From: Trueperaceae bacterium
GTDB taxonomy: Bacteria; Deinococcota; Deinococci; Deinococcales; Trueperaceae
DNA: 64,000 nt
NCBI GenBank assembly: GCA_965215565.1
Contig: CBDCDZ010000004.1
Coordinates: forward strand, 2,720,001 to 2,784,000
Direction: 5' to 3'
Shown here: positions 9,637 to 19,251 of the stretch, one piece after another
Layout of the letters: every line of letters starts with the position of its first letter
How positions within the stretch are numbered: the stretch's first letter is position 1
Notes under the pieces: model-generated
The model's input: only the letters and a program-made list of their open reading frames with translations
What the model was told of the DNA's origin: nothing
Database searches by the model: none
Position numbers and translations under genes: made by a program

Positions 9637-9903
9637 TAGCAGGTATCATCTGGTCAGCGACACTCTCACTGTGCGCGTTGCTGACTAGCACGCACATTGT
9701 GACAGCAGGTTCCTTCGGAAGCTTCGCGCAATCAAAGTCTGTCTCACTGGCGTTCGGAGCTGGTCAGCTACACTTTCACTAAAAAGAACATCGCCTAGCA
9801 CGCACTTAATTGTGATGAAATTCCGCTATTGCTGCGCAATGAGATCTGCGAAGAAGTGTTGCTTCGCATGACTTCGTCCAAGCAATGATAAGTGGAACTG
9901 CTA
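9637..9903 (+). mobile_element. Two fused TAGC-ended repeats (truncated copy plus insert-bearing copy)
   Basis: TAGCAGGTATCATCTGG at 9637, second start CAGCAGGT at 9703, end GGAACTGCTA at 9903. Confidence 0.75.
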
Positions 9904-9966
9904 TAAGTACTACCAACTTTAGAAAGACCTTTTAGGACGGGCACTTTACCCCGCGCGAGAAACTTT

Positions 9967-10308
9967 TCAAAACACCGCTTTGAGATGTTCCAGATCATGC
10001 TCTTTTCGTGTACCTACTAAGAGAATGGCGTCGAAACGTAGGGGCAAGTCGTCTCGTTCGTACGTTTCGGTGAGGTAGTGTAGCGCGGTGTGGCGCAGCT
10101 TGGCGATCTTCGAGCGGCTGATAGCGTCTGCGGGCGTGCCGTAGCGCGTATTCTTCCGCTGCTTGACCTCGACGAAGACGAGCACGTCGCCCTCTTGCGC
10201 GATGAGGTCCACTTCGCCCCGGCGACAGGTGTAGTTGGTCTCTAAGACTCTATACCCTGCGCCCTCCAGATAGCGCCGCGCTACCTCTTCTGACCAGTGC
10301 CTTATCAC
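9967..10308 (-). CDS. YraN (UPF0102) family endonuclease-like protein
   Basis: GEVDLIA...VFVEVKQR and LRFDAI motifs. Confidence 0.88.
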   Translation of the reverse strand: MIRHWSEEVARRYLEGAGYRVLETNYTCRRGEVDLIAQEGDVLVFVEVKQRKNTRYGTPADAISRSKIAKLRHTALHYLTETYERDDLPLRFDAILLVGTRKEHDLEHLKAVF

Positions 10309-10423
10309 GCGCTCAAACTAGCGGTGTACCGCGTTTTGTGCCGGGCGTCGCGAGAAGACTGTAGTGAGGGAAGCCAATATCTGTTTGCGCACAAAACGGG
10401 ACACCTTAAATCACCCCTTGAGC

Positions 10424-10816
10424 CTAGGTGGGCTCGATCTCGAGCCGCTCCGCATCCGCCCAGAGCCCTTCTAAATCGTAAAACTCTCGCGCGTCCGGGC
10501 TCATGACGTGCACGACGATATAGCCGTAGTCCATCAAAACCCAGCGCCCCGAGGGCCCCTCGATTGCTTTAGGCACCGTGCCCGCGCCTTTAAGCTCCTC
10601 CTTGACGCCGTCCTCCATCGCTTTGAGCTGCAAACTCGACTCGCCCGAGGCGACGATGAAATAGTCGAGCGTTTCTGAGGCGGTGCTCAGGTCCATCACG
10701 ACGATGTCTAGGGCGCGTTTGTCGTCTAAAGCGTTGACGATGAGTTGGACTTCGCGGGGAACGTCCGCGCTGATGTTGGCTGTGTCTGTTTGTGGTGTGA
10801 CGTGTTCGGTATCTAT
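10424..10816 (-). CDS. rsfS: Ribosome silencing factor RsfS (Iojap), probable ATA start
   Basis: DYFIVASG, WVLMDYG and REFYDLEGLW; conserved IVNALDDKRALDIVVMDL lies upstream of the ORF-track start; GAGGAGG SD precedes ATA at 10814-10816. Confidence 0.88.
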   Translation of the reverse strand: MDTEHVTPQTDTANISADVPREVQLIVNALDDKRALDIVVMDLSTASETLDYFIVASGESSLQLKAMEDGVKEELKGAGTVPKAIEGPSGRWVLMDYGYIVVHVMSPDAREFYDLEGLWADAERLEIEPT

Positions 10817-10856
10817 CTCGAGCGCCTCCTCAAAAATCCGTGCGAAGATGGTTGAC

Positions 10857-10873
10857 TTCTGTTCTCAACATAA
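10857..10873. promoter_or_regulatory. 17-bp RDRM-like palindrome TTCTGTTCTCAACATAA
   Basis: Imperfect palindrome upstream of rsfS resembling the Deinococcus radiation/desiccation response motif. Confidence 0.35.
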
Positions 10874-10937
10874 CCTAAACATAACCTAGAAAAACGTACG
10901 CTTGCGTGTTTATAAGCGTGTTTTTGCGAGTGTGCCG

Positions 10938-12209
10938 TCACTCCGCTTGCGCCAACTGCACGTAAAAAAACTCTCGTGCGTCTCGCCCTAAGACGATCTC
11001 GATATCTGCGCCGATGTCGCGCTCAAAGCGGTCGATCTGCTGCACGCCCAAGCCCAAGAGGTCAGCGTAGTAGTTCGCGGCTGAAAGCGTGCGTCCGGTG
11101 GTGAGCACTTGCGACGAAGGGACGCCCTGCGCCTCCGCCACGCTGAGCCGCGCCTCCGGGACGCCCAGCCCCACGAGGATGCGCTTCGCCTCATTTGCCA
11201 AGGCGGGCACGCCGCTACGGTTTGAGATGCGCACGCTCGCCTCAGGCATCCGGGTGAGTTCGCGCGCCTCGCCGCCGAAGTGTTCGGCTAGAAACGCCTC
11301 GGTGCGCTGCCGGTTCGTCTCGACGTAGCGTCCACTGCCCTCGACGTCGTTGGTGGGCAAGGTGGCGGCGTAGATTTCCAGGTTGGGAAGGCGGGGGATG
11401 AGCTGTGAGACCAGCGCGGGGCTGACATTAGTGTCGACTTCCTCGAGGTATGTAGAGGCGAGCTTGGGCAGCGTCCCTACCGCCCGCACGTTCTGCTCTT
11501 TGAGCTTAGCGAGCAGCGCGCGCGCCAGCGTCTTCACGTTGTCGATTCGGTCGATGTCGCCGCGCAGGGTCTGGCGGTAGCGGATGAACCCGGCTGCCTC
11601 TTCACCATTTAGATGCTGAAAGCCCGGCTGCAGATCAATGGTAAGCCCGGCCGCTTGGTCCTGCCAGTACATCCGGTAGGGCACGTCTAAGTCCACACCG
11701 CCTACCGCGTCCACCAATTTTTCGAAGATGCCGATGTTGATGACTGCGTAGTAATCCACAGGGACGTTGAGAAGCTCCGAAACCGCCCGCCGCACGTGCT
11801 CGGCGCGGTTCATGCCGCCGAAAATCTCGGGTCCGTAGGTGTAAATCTCGTTGATGCCGATGTCGTATTGGGGCAGCAAGAGGTCTCTGGGGATATTGAC
11901 CATGTAGACCTTATTGCCGACGATATTGACAAAAATGACCGTGTCGGTGCGAAAGCCGAGTTCCGCTTTGGTGGTGTAGGCGCGCTGCAGCTTGCCATCT
12001 TTCCAGACCATTGGACCGGCAGGCTGATAGTTGTAGTCGCGCCCCGCCACCACGAAGCTCGCCTGGAACGCGCCGTCCGGGTTGACGAGGTCTCTTTGCT
12101 CGTCGCTCAAAACCGTGCGCTGCGCGCCTTGGGTGAGCCAGAAGCCCGCGATACCCCCGAGCCCGATGAGCAGCCCTATGACCTGAACGAAACGACTGAA
12201 GTTACGCAC
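10938..12209 (-). CDS. LCP (LytR-CpsA-Psr) family protein with LytR C-terminal domain
   Basis: N-terminal TM helix, RTDT, IPRD, LVDAVGGV and FIRYR. Confidence 0.88.
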   Translation of the reverse strand: MRNFSRFVQVIGLLIGLGGIAGFWLTQGAQRTVLSDEQRDLVNPDGAFQASFVVAGRDYNYQPAGPMVWKDGKLQRAYTTKAELGFRTDTVIFVNIVGNKVYMVNIPRDLLLPQYDIGINEIYTYGPEIFGGMNRAEHVRRAVSELLNVPVDYYAVINIGIFEKLVDAVGGVDLDVPYRMYWQDQAAGLTIDLQPGFQHLNGEEAAGFIRYRQTLRGDIDRIDNVKTLARALLAKLKEQNVRAVGTLPKLASTYLEEVDTNVSPALVSQLIPRLPNLEIYAATLPTNDVEGSGRYVETNRQRTEAFLAEHFGGEARELTRMPEASVRISNRSGVPALANEAKRILVGLGVPEARLSVAEAQGVPSSQVLTTGRTLSAANYYADLLGLGVQQIDRFERDIGADIEIVLGRDAREFFYVQLAQAE

Positions 12210-12220
12210 GTTGCCCTAGG

Positions 12221-12826
12221 TTAAGCTAACCCGTTGGACCGGGTGCAAATCTCCCGGTAGACCTTCATCGTCGCAGGGTGGACCGCTTTGCCCTTGGAAC
12301 GCAGGTAGTTCACCTTGGAGTTGACCGCCCGCTGATACGCCCGGAAGAGGTTGTGCATCGCCAACTCGCGGATATCCGCGTTGACGCCGCGCCCAGGCTC
12401 GGACACGTCGGCGATATAGACCGCCATGCCGATGCGGTTGTCGTGTGAGACACCGAACACGTGCCCCTCAACCGAGTCCAGGACGCGCTCGTCGTTGACG
12501 CCCCACCCCTCGATGATGCGCCTGCCCGCGCGCCCGTGTACCGCTAAGGGGTGTTTTTTCTCCAACTCCGTTTCGGGGGGCGCGAGCGCGAACATCTTCT
12601 CGGGTGGGAGGTCTCGCGCGACGTCGTGCAGCGTCGCCGCGAGGCTCGTCGCCCGAATCTCATCCTCAGAGAAGTCGTTCGCTCTAGCAATCGTCTCGGC
12701 GAGGATAGCGACGCGCACGATATGCTCGAAGCGCTCCGCGCTGACCATCTCCTTGACGCGCGCGCAGTAGGGTTGCACGCTAGTTCTGGTGCAGGGGCTG
12801 TTGACGGTAAAGAGGGTTTTTTGCAA
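12221..12826 (-). CDS. yqeK: YqeK-like HD-domain Ap4A hydrolase
   Basis: RFEHIVRV, LHDVAR and YIADVSEPGR; lies downstream of nadD. Confidence 0.8.
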   Translation of the reverse strand: MQKTLFTVNSPCTRTSVQPYCARVKEMVSAERFEHIVRVAILAETIARANDFSEDEIRATSLAATLHDVARDLPPEKMFALAPPETELEKKHPLAVHGRAGRRIIEGWGVNDERVLDSVEGHVFGVSHDNRIGMAVYIADVSEPGRGVNADIRELAMHNLFRAYQRAVNSKVNYLRSKGKAVHPATMKVYREICTRSNGLA

Positions 12827-13373
12827 GGTAGCTCTCCACGGGTTCGGGAACGAGATAGCGAACGCTCTCTCTATGGGCTAAGCGGCGGCGGACCTCGGTG
12901 CTCGAGACCTCCCACAGCGGCGTGTCTAAGATACGGACTCTCTCCTTGAAATAGGGTTCAACCTCATTGACCGTGTAGTTCGGGCGGCTCAGCGCCACCA
13001 CCGAAACAGACGACACGAGTTCGCGGGCACGGTGCCAACTGCTGATCTCTCTGTAAGCGTCCGCGCCCGTAATGAAAAAAAGCTCGTCGTTGGGGCGCTC
13101 CGCGCGGACCTTGGAGACCGTATCAAAGGTGTAAGACGCGCCTGTGCGCTCGATCTCTAGGCGGCTCACGTGAAACTGCGGGTGGGCGTTCGTCGCGAGT
13201 AAAAGCATCTCGAAACGCGCTTCGGGGGCAGCGGCAGCCTCTTTGTGAGGGGGTGTTTTCGCGGGGATGAACCACAGCGCGTCAAGCCTCAGCACCTCTA
13301 GCGCACGCTGCGCCACCATGAGGTGACCGGCGTGTACAGGATCAAAGCGTCCGCCGAAAAGACCCAATCTCAC
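12780..13373 (-). CDS. nadD: Nicotinate-nucleotide adenylyltransferase
   Basis: GGRFDPVHAGH, PPHK, SYTFDT, FITGAD and VSSTEVR. Confidence 0.93.
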   Translation of the reverse strand: MRLGLFGGRFDPVHAGHLMVAQRALEVLRLDALWFIPAKTPPHKEAAAAPEARFEMLLLATNAHPQFHVSRLEIERTGASYTFDTVSKVRAERPNDELFFITGADAYREISSWHRARELVSSVSVVALSRPNYTVNEVEPYFKERVRILDTPLWEVSSTEVRRRLAHRESVRYLVPEPVESYLAKNPLYRQQPLHQN

Positions 13374-13490
13374 CGTACGAGCCTCATCCTATAAACCTCA
13401 CTGTACAAACCTCTGCGTGATTCCCACAAAGCCCCCACCGCAAGAGTGTACCTCTTGGGGAAGGGGAGATGCGTGCAGGTATCACAATAC

Positions 13491-14777
13491 TTAGTCTACC
13501 TCGTTTTGTACACCGGGAACCCTGGTTTTATCTTCATCAAAGTACTCAAAAACGGCGTCGCCAATCGCCACGTCGTCGCCGTCTTGTGCGCCCGCCTTTT
13601 TGAGCAGTTTGTTCACACCTAAAGAGGCGAAGTGGTGCTGCAGATAGGACACGGCGTCGGGGTTCGTCGGGCTGAAGCGGGCGATGACCGCTTCGATCTC
13701 AGAGCCCGTGACGCGCCAAAAGCCGTCCTCTTGAACGACGCGCACCGGGTCTACGACGACTTTCGTAGGTGTAGGGCTAAGGGGTGTAATCTCAGAGCGC
13801 TGCGGCAATAGCTCGAAAAGGCTTTGGCGCAGGGCGTCTAAGTTTTGGGCCTCGAGCGCCGACACCGCCAGCACGGGTAGCCCGAAGCGTGTCAGGGTAG
13901 CGACGATCTCCTCCACCTCTTCTTCGGCTGCCAAGTCCGTCTTATTCAGCACGACGAGCCCAGGCAAATCCAGAAGGAGCGGGTCGTATTCGCGCAATTC
14001 GCGCCGGAGCGCCTCTAGGTTTTCGGCGGGCGACTCCGCGATGTCGAGTACGAAGACGAGCAGGCGCGTACGTGAGATGTGCCGCAAGAACTCGAGCCCC
14101 AACCCCTTGCCCTTGTGCGCGTCCTCAATGATGCCGGGGATGTCCGCCAAGGTGAACCGCTCGTGCTCGCGCTCGACAATCCCTAAATTCGGACTGAGCG
14201 TCGTAAAAGGGTAGGAGGCGATCTGCGGTTTAGCGTTGGAGAGCGCCGCTAAGAGGCTCGACTTGCCCGCGTTCGGGTAGCCGACTAGGCCGATATCGGC
14301 AATCGTACGCAGCTCGAGCCTGACGCGCCGCTTGTCGCCCTTCGTACCGAATTCCGCGAAGCGCGGCGCTTGCCGCTTCGCCGTCGCGAACGACGTGTTG
14401 CCGCGCCCGCCCAGACCGCCCTGCGCGACGAGCGCGCGCTGCCCAACCTCCAAGAGGTCCGCGAGCACGTCGCCCGTGTCTAAGTCGGTGGCTAGCGTCC
14501 CAACCGGAACTTTAAGGGTGACATCTTCGCCCTTCGCGCCCGCCCGGTTGCGCCCTTCGCCCTGTCCGCCCGTCTGCGCTTTATAGAGCCGCTGCCCCAC
14601 CATTCGCTCTAAAGAGGAGACGTCGTCGACTGCCTCTAAGTACACGCTCCCGCCGCCGCCGCCGTGCCCGCCATCGGGTCCGCCCTTGGGCACGTACTTG
14701 AGGCGCAAGAACGACATGCCGCCGTCGCCGCCTTTGCCGCCTTGAACTGTGATGTCGAGAACGTCCCTCAGTGCCAT
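13491..14777 (-). CDS. obg: GTPase Obg
   Basis: Gly-rich Obg fold, [19 protein letters not shown] and NKTD. Confidence 0.96.
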   Translation of the reverse strand: MALRDVLDITVQGGKGGDGGMSFLRLKYVPKGGPDGGHGGGGGSVYLEAVDDVSSLERMVGQRLYKAQTGGQGEGRNRAGAKGEDVTLKVPVGTLATDLDTGDVLADLLEVGQRALVAQGGLGGRGNTSFATAKRQAPRFAEFGTKGDKRRVRLELRTIADIGLVGYPNAGKSSLLAALSNAKPQIASYPFTTLSPNLGIVEREHERFTLADIPGIIEDAHKGKGLGLEFLRHISRTRLLVFVLDIAESPAENLEALRRELREYDPLLLDLPGLVVLNKTDLAAEEEVEEIVATLTRFGLPVLAVSALEAQNLDALRQSLFELLPQRSEITPLSPTPTKVVVDPVRVVQEDGFWRVTGSEIEAVIARFSPTNPDAVSYLQHHFASLGVNKLLKKAGAQDGDDVAIGDAVFEYFDEDKTRVPGVQNEVD

Positions 14778-14803
14778 TGCGTAACCTCTCTACCTCCGGG
14801 CAG

Positions 14804-14835
14804 AAAAAAGACGCGAGGTTGGTCCCCGCGTCTTT
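14804..14835 (-). terminator. Intrinsic terminator-like hairpin between rpmA and obg
   Basis: AAAGACGCG...CGCGTCTTT stem followed by a T-run on the minus strand. Confidence 0.6.
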
Positions 14836-14850
14836 CGCTTAAAAGTTTTC

Positions 14851-15129
14851 TTAGTCCGCTGCGATAGCAGGCGAATCTTGGTTCTCGATGCTGATAAAGC
14901 GCCCTTTAGAGCCTTTGTTGTGGAACTTTACCACGCCGTCACGCATCGCGAAGAGCGTGAAGTCGTTGCCTTGCCCGACGTTCTTGCCGGGCTTGAATTT
15001 CGTGCCGCGCTGACGTACTAAAATATTGCCAGCCAGAACAACCTGTCCCTCGAAACGCTTGACGCCCAGGCGCTTCGACTCGCTGTCGCGTCCGTTTTTA
15101 GAACTGCCTACACCCTTCTTATGTGCCAT
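14851..15129 (-). CDS. rpmA: 50S ribosomal protein L27
   Basis: [24 protein letters not shown]. Confidence 0.98.
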   Translation of the reverse strand: MAHKKGVGSSKNGRDSESKRLGVKRFEGQVVLAGNILVRQRGTKFKPGKNVGQGNDFTLFAMRDGVVKFHNKGSKGRFISIENQDSPAIAAD

Positions 15130-15130
15130 T

Positions 15131-15427
15131 TTAGCCTCCTCGAGGGAGCGTAACGCGCTCTCTCTGCTCTTTCAAACTTTGCCAAGCGCTCCTGTCTCGG
15201 GGCTGCACCCAGTCTCGCCCTATTCTCTCCCAATTCGGGTCCTTCGGGTTGAGACCTAGCTCACGAACGCCTTCTTCTTCGGTGACGAAATACTGCTTCT
15301 TGTAGGGGAAGAGATATCCGCCTTGCTCCTCTAGCGAGGCGCGCGCCTCTTCGTAAGAGGTAAACCAGCGGTTCAAAACAGCGTCCATCTGCGGTACGTA
15401 CATGCTCGGCTTGGATGATTCCGTCAT
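15131..15427 (-). CDS. Hypothetical 98-aa protein between rplU and rpmA
   Basis: GGAGG SD and ATG start; stop 1 nt before the rpmA ATG. Confidence 0.7.
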   Translation of the reverse strand: MTESSKPSMYVPQMDAVLNRWFTSYEEARASLEEQGGYLFPYKKQYFVTEEEGVRELGLNPKDPNWERIGRDWVQPRDRSAWQSLKEQRERVTLPRGG

Positions 15428-15490
15428 CTTGACCTCCGTGAATCTGCTGCCGGGAAGGACGCTCTAACCTCTACTTAAAAGCGCAACCTC

Positions 15491-15802
15491 TTAACCCGTG
15501 ATTTTGCCGATGCGAATTTCAGTATAGGGCTGGCGGTGACCGTTCTTACGGCGGTAGTTCGCCTTCGCCTTGAACTTGTAGATATAGATTTTCTTGCCGC
15601 GCCCATGCGAAACAACCTCTGCTTTGACGTTAGCGCCGTCTACTAGGGGTGCGCCGACTTTGACTTCGGTGTCATCGCCGCCTAACATCATGACGGGCAA
15701 CTCGACGGTCTCGCCGGGTTCGGCTTTCAAGGACTCGAGCCTCAGCACGTCCCCCTCGGTCACGCGGTACTGTTTGCCGCCACTCTGAATAATTGCGAAC
15801 AT
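15491..15802 (-). CDS. rplU: 50S ribosomal protein L21
   Basis: [14 protein letters not shown]...GHRQPYT. Confidence 0.97.
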   Translation of the reverse strand: MFAIIQSGGKQYRVTEGDVLRLESLKAEPGETVELPVMMLGGDDTEVKVGAPLVDGANVKAEVVSHGRGKKIYIYKFKAKANYRRKNGHRQPYTEIRIGKITG

Positions 15803-15984
15803 TTCAACCTCCGGCTGTTTTATCCCTACTCGGTACACGCTTGGTACACGGTGGTGAAAAGCAGCGCTTCTATACTCAAAAATAAACCCTGGACATCCGA
15901 ATCAGCTCTCGAACGACGCCCAGGACTCGCCCGACGAAGCGGGTTTTTCGAAACTCGACTACATCAACCGAGTTTGAATTGTGC

Positions 15985-16054
15985 AGCTATAATCTCACGC
16001 AAGTCAATCGAAGCTCTTTCGAGCGAAAACGCTTGTGACCAGACAATACCTGCT
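15985..16054 (-). repeat. Degenerate copy of the TAGC-ended repeat abutting the tRNA 3' end
   Basis: GACCAGACAATACCTGCT resembles the family end ACCAGATGATACCTGCT; TCACGCAAGTCAATC resembles the second arm. Confidence 0.4.
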
Positions 16055-16057
16055 TGG

Positions 16058-16133
<76 letters not shown>

Positions 16134-16221
16134 ACGCCGCTGCCCAACTAAAAACGGAAGCAGCAACGGTTAGTTTAGCGTCTTTAGCCCGCCTGTGTCA
16201 AGCGTCGACGTAGCTAAGAGA

Positions 16222-16674
16222 TCAGGTTTGCTTGGCGTCTCGCGCTGCCCGCGCCGCTGCCCGGTCCTCTTCCTGGCGGCTCACGTCCGTCTTGAGGCGC
16301 GCCGCTTTGCCGCGCAGCTCGCGCAGGTAGTAGAGCTTGGCGCGCCGCGTGCGCCCGCGCCGCACGATCTCGACTGAGTCAATGAGCGGTGAGTGCAGCG
16401 GAAAGACACGCTCGACGCCCTCGCCGAAGCTCACCTTGCGCACCGTGAACGACGCCCGTGCACCTTTTTTGCCATTTTGACGCGCGATGGCGACGCCTTC
16501 GAACGCCTGGACGCGCGTGCGGTTGCCTTCTGACACCTTGTAGTTGACGCGCACCGTGTCGCCCGTATCGAATTCGGGGATGTCGTCGCGCAAGTAAGGC
16601 TGCTCGATAGAGCGTAAGATCGCGCCTTTATTGTATTTCACCTTGAATGCCTCCTTTGACGGTTCTTTTTTCAC
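16222..16674 (-). CDS. rplS: 50S ribosomal protein L19
   Basis: GDTVRV, RVQAFEG, GVERVFP and RRAKLYYLR; start codon uncertain. Confidence 0.96.
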   Translation of the reverse strand: MKKEPSKEAFKVKYNKGAILRSIEQPYLRDDIPEFDTGDTVRVNYKVSEGNRTRVQAFEGVAIARQNGKKGARASFTVRKVSFGEGVERVFPLHSPLIDSVEIVRRGRTRRAKLYYLRELRGKAARLKTDVSRQEEDRAAARAARDAKQT

Positions 16675-17033
16675 ATGTCTTTCTCTGCACAGTGCTTCAA
16701 AAACGCTGTTACTGCTGCGTTATCCTGCGTGATAGTAGATTCAAATAGAGAATTGCCTGAGCGACGAAACATAACACTCCTAGATGCTCGTCCACACAAC
16801 CTTGTTATATTAGCGTGCGCGCGCCTTCTAACGCAAGTGCGCTGGAGACGAACGCTCCTTCTGTGAGCTAGTCGAACCTCGTGTCGCGGATGGAGCTAAA
16901 CAAAGAGATTGCGAATATAGCAGCCCAGAGTTAGCGGAAGCGTTCCGCGAGGCGCACCGTGGTCGTTTGGCTCGAGCTAGCCCCCTCGAAACAATCGGTT
17001 CACTTTCCCGCCTTGCATCTATTCGCTCGACTA

Positions 17034-17144
17034 TAGCGGTTATCAGAAGTACTGAGTTTGAATCACGCAGGCACCATCCCCTAAAGTGCGTGCTGAACGA
17101 TGTTTTATCTCGTGAGATTGGCTCAAACCAGATGATACCTGCTA
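17034..17144 (-). mobile_element. TAGC-ended MITE-like repeat, minimal 111-bp copy
   Basis: TAGC...GCTA ends; close match to 541-653. Confidence 0.8.
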
Positions 17145-17291
17145 TATTCGCTCAGTCGCAACGTTTGGATGTCGCGTCACTGTCTCGGGCTTGCACAGAT
17201 TCGAGTCTGTATAGAGCGCGATTTCGGGAACTTCGGAGCGTTTCTAAAGCGCTCACGCCTAAGACCGCGTGGCGGCGGGTTCGCAATTTTC

Positions 17292-17543
17292 TAACAAGTA
17301 TCATCTGGTTTGAGTGTACGTAAGTTTGTCCCGGTTACACCGTTTTCGCGTCTGCGAAAGGGAAACTTCGTAAGCGAAGCAACGCTCTCACTGTAAAAAA
17401 CACCGTTTCCTAGCGGAAAACTGCGCAACTAGCACGCACATTCGAAGATGAAATCCCGCAACGGCAGGGCGGCCTGCCCGTAACGCTAGTCCTTGCGGAC
17501 AGAGATCTGCGGAACTCCGTCTCAGTATATTTTGGAAGTGCTA
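17292..17543 (+). mobile_element. TAGC-family repeat with nested inserts
   Basis: 5' half nearly identical to 36396-36495; 3' half nearly identical to 54627-54725. Confidence 0.8.
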
Positions 17544-17662
17544 TTCGTAGCGGCTTCGCAGGCTTCATAGCAGCTTCATAAGGACGCGATTTTCTCAGTT
17601 AAGGCTTTCTAAAGGCAAAACTTACCAAGGAATTTCACCTTTGCGTGCTAGGCTAGCAGGCG

Positions 17663-19249
17663 ATGAAGAAGCTTACCCTAACGATACTTCTAACGTGTCT
17701 CGCACCGTTTTTGCTAGCGCAAGAGGGTGCGATTCAGACTGGCTCAGAGCGAAGTAGCGCGCCGCTCGTCGTCAGCACCTCGCCCGAACGTGCAGACGCA
17801 CAACCTCTAGAGGGCGCGGCACTCTCGGGCGAAGTCTACATCTTTTTAGACCCGGCGCGCCTAGAAGGTGCCCTGCCCGGCGACATTGAACCAGGCGACA
17901 TTGAAGAGGTCGCCTTCTACCTCAATGATGCTCAAGCGCTCAGCCCCCTGCAGGTCGAGTCCGTCGCGCCTTTCGATTTCGCAGGTACGGACGAAGAGCG
18001 CGCTTACCCCTTCAACGTCGATGACCTGAGCCGCCGCGACAACGTCGTCACGGCGGAGGTCACGCTGGCGTCCGGCGACATGCAGACGCTCGCCGCGTCG
18101 TTCGTCGCCGAGGACGTTTTAGTACAAGCCGACTACTACGTCGCCACGACTGGCTCGGACGACGCGGACGGCAGCGTAAACGCGCCTTTCGGCACGGTTG
18201 CCAAGGCGCTCAGCCTCGTCCAGCCGGGCGAGCGGATACAGCTTCGCGGGGGTATCTACAAGGAATACGTCAACGGCGTCACCTTCGAGATTGCCAGCGG
18301 CACCCAACTCGCCCCCATCACGGTCGAAAGTTATCCCGGCGAGATGGCCGTCATCGACGGCAGCGAGCGGCACTGGTCGGAGGATAAGTCGCCGAGCTAC
18401 CCGGCGCTTTTTAGGCTCGAGGAGGTCGAGTGGTTCGTCATCCAGAACCTAACCTTTCGCCACGCCGCCGGGCGCTCTTTACACCTAGAAGGCAACCACA
18501 ACGTGATTAGAAACGTCCTCTCTTACGAGAACCACTCGGACGGCGTGTACGTCTTGGGAGACCGCAACTTGCTCGAGGGCATCGTCTCGCACAGCAACTA
18601 CAGCGAGCAGAATGACGGCGATTCCGCCGACGGCATCAAGCTGGTTGCCGGCGACGCCAACGTGGTGCGCAACTGCCACACCTACAATAACTCCGACGAT
18701 GGCACCGACATCTGGGAAAGCACCAACACGCTGGTGGAGTTTTGCATCTCGCACGAGAATGGGCGCGGCGAGACGGGCGACGGTCAGGGCTTTAAGCTGG
18801 GCAGCCGACGCACGAAGAACAACCACGCGACGGTGCGCTATAACATCGCCTATAAAAACCGCGCGAACAATTTCGACAGCAACAACGGCGGCGGGCTCAC
18901 CCTTTTACACAACACCTCGTGGCAAGCGGGCAACCTCGGCTTCCGTCTTCTCACGGAAGGGGGCAAGCCCGGCAACGTCGCCAAGAACAACATCAGCTAT
19001 GAAGACCCTGACCTCAACTACGGCGACAGGGAAAAGTTGGAGAACAACACCTGGAACTTGGGCATCGAAGACCCCGAATTCATCAGCTTGAACCCCGACT
19101 CGCCAAACTTTTTGCGTTTAGAAGAGGACAGCCCCGCCATCAATGCAGGCGCGAAAGTCGGCCTTCCTTATACCGGCCCTGCCCCCGACTTGGGTGCGAT
19201 TGAGCACAATCAAGAGGTGGTGGCGTTTGGCCCTTCGGAGGACGACTAG
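17663..19249 (+). CDS. Secreted right-handed beta-helix protein (DUF1565 / PL9 pectate-lyase-like)
   Basis: Signal peptide; YYVATTGSDDADGS..PFGT, DSADG, NNSDDGTD and GFKLG motifs. Confidence 0.75.
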   Translation: MKKLTLTILLTCLAPFLLAQEGAIQTGSERSSAPLVVSTSPERADAQPLEGAALSGEVYIFLDPARLEGALPGDIEPGDIEEVAFYLNDAQALSPLQVESVAPFDFAGTDEERAYPFNVDDLSRRDNVVTAEVTLASGDMQTLAASFVAEDVLVQADYYVATTGSDDADGSVNAPFGTVAKALSLVQPGERIQLRGGIYKEYVNGVTFEIASGTQLAPITVESYPGEMAVIDGSERHWSEDKSPSYPALFRLEEVEWFVIQNLTFRHAAGRSLHLEGNHNVIRNVLSYENHSDGVYVLGDRNLLEGIVSHSNYSEQNDGDSADGIKLVAGDANVVRNCHTYNNSDDGTDIWESTNTLVEFCISHENGRGETGDGQGFKLGSRRTKNNHATVRYNIAYKNRANNFDSNNGGGLTLLHNTSWQAGNLGFRLLTEGGKPGNVAKNNISYEDPDLNYGDREKLENNTWNLGIEDPEFISLNPDSPNFLRLEEDSPAINAGAKVGLPYTGPAPDLGAIEHNQEVVAFGPSEDD

Positions 19250-19251
19250 GT

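Noticed and set aside
13475..13484. GCAGGTATCA as another repeat copy
   Set aside because: Only a 10-nt match with no second arm or internal motifs.
15131..15427. Prp (YsxB) ribosomal protease
   Set aside because: No cysteine is present and L27 lacks the N-terminal extension that Prp cleaves.
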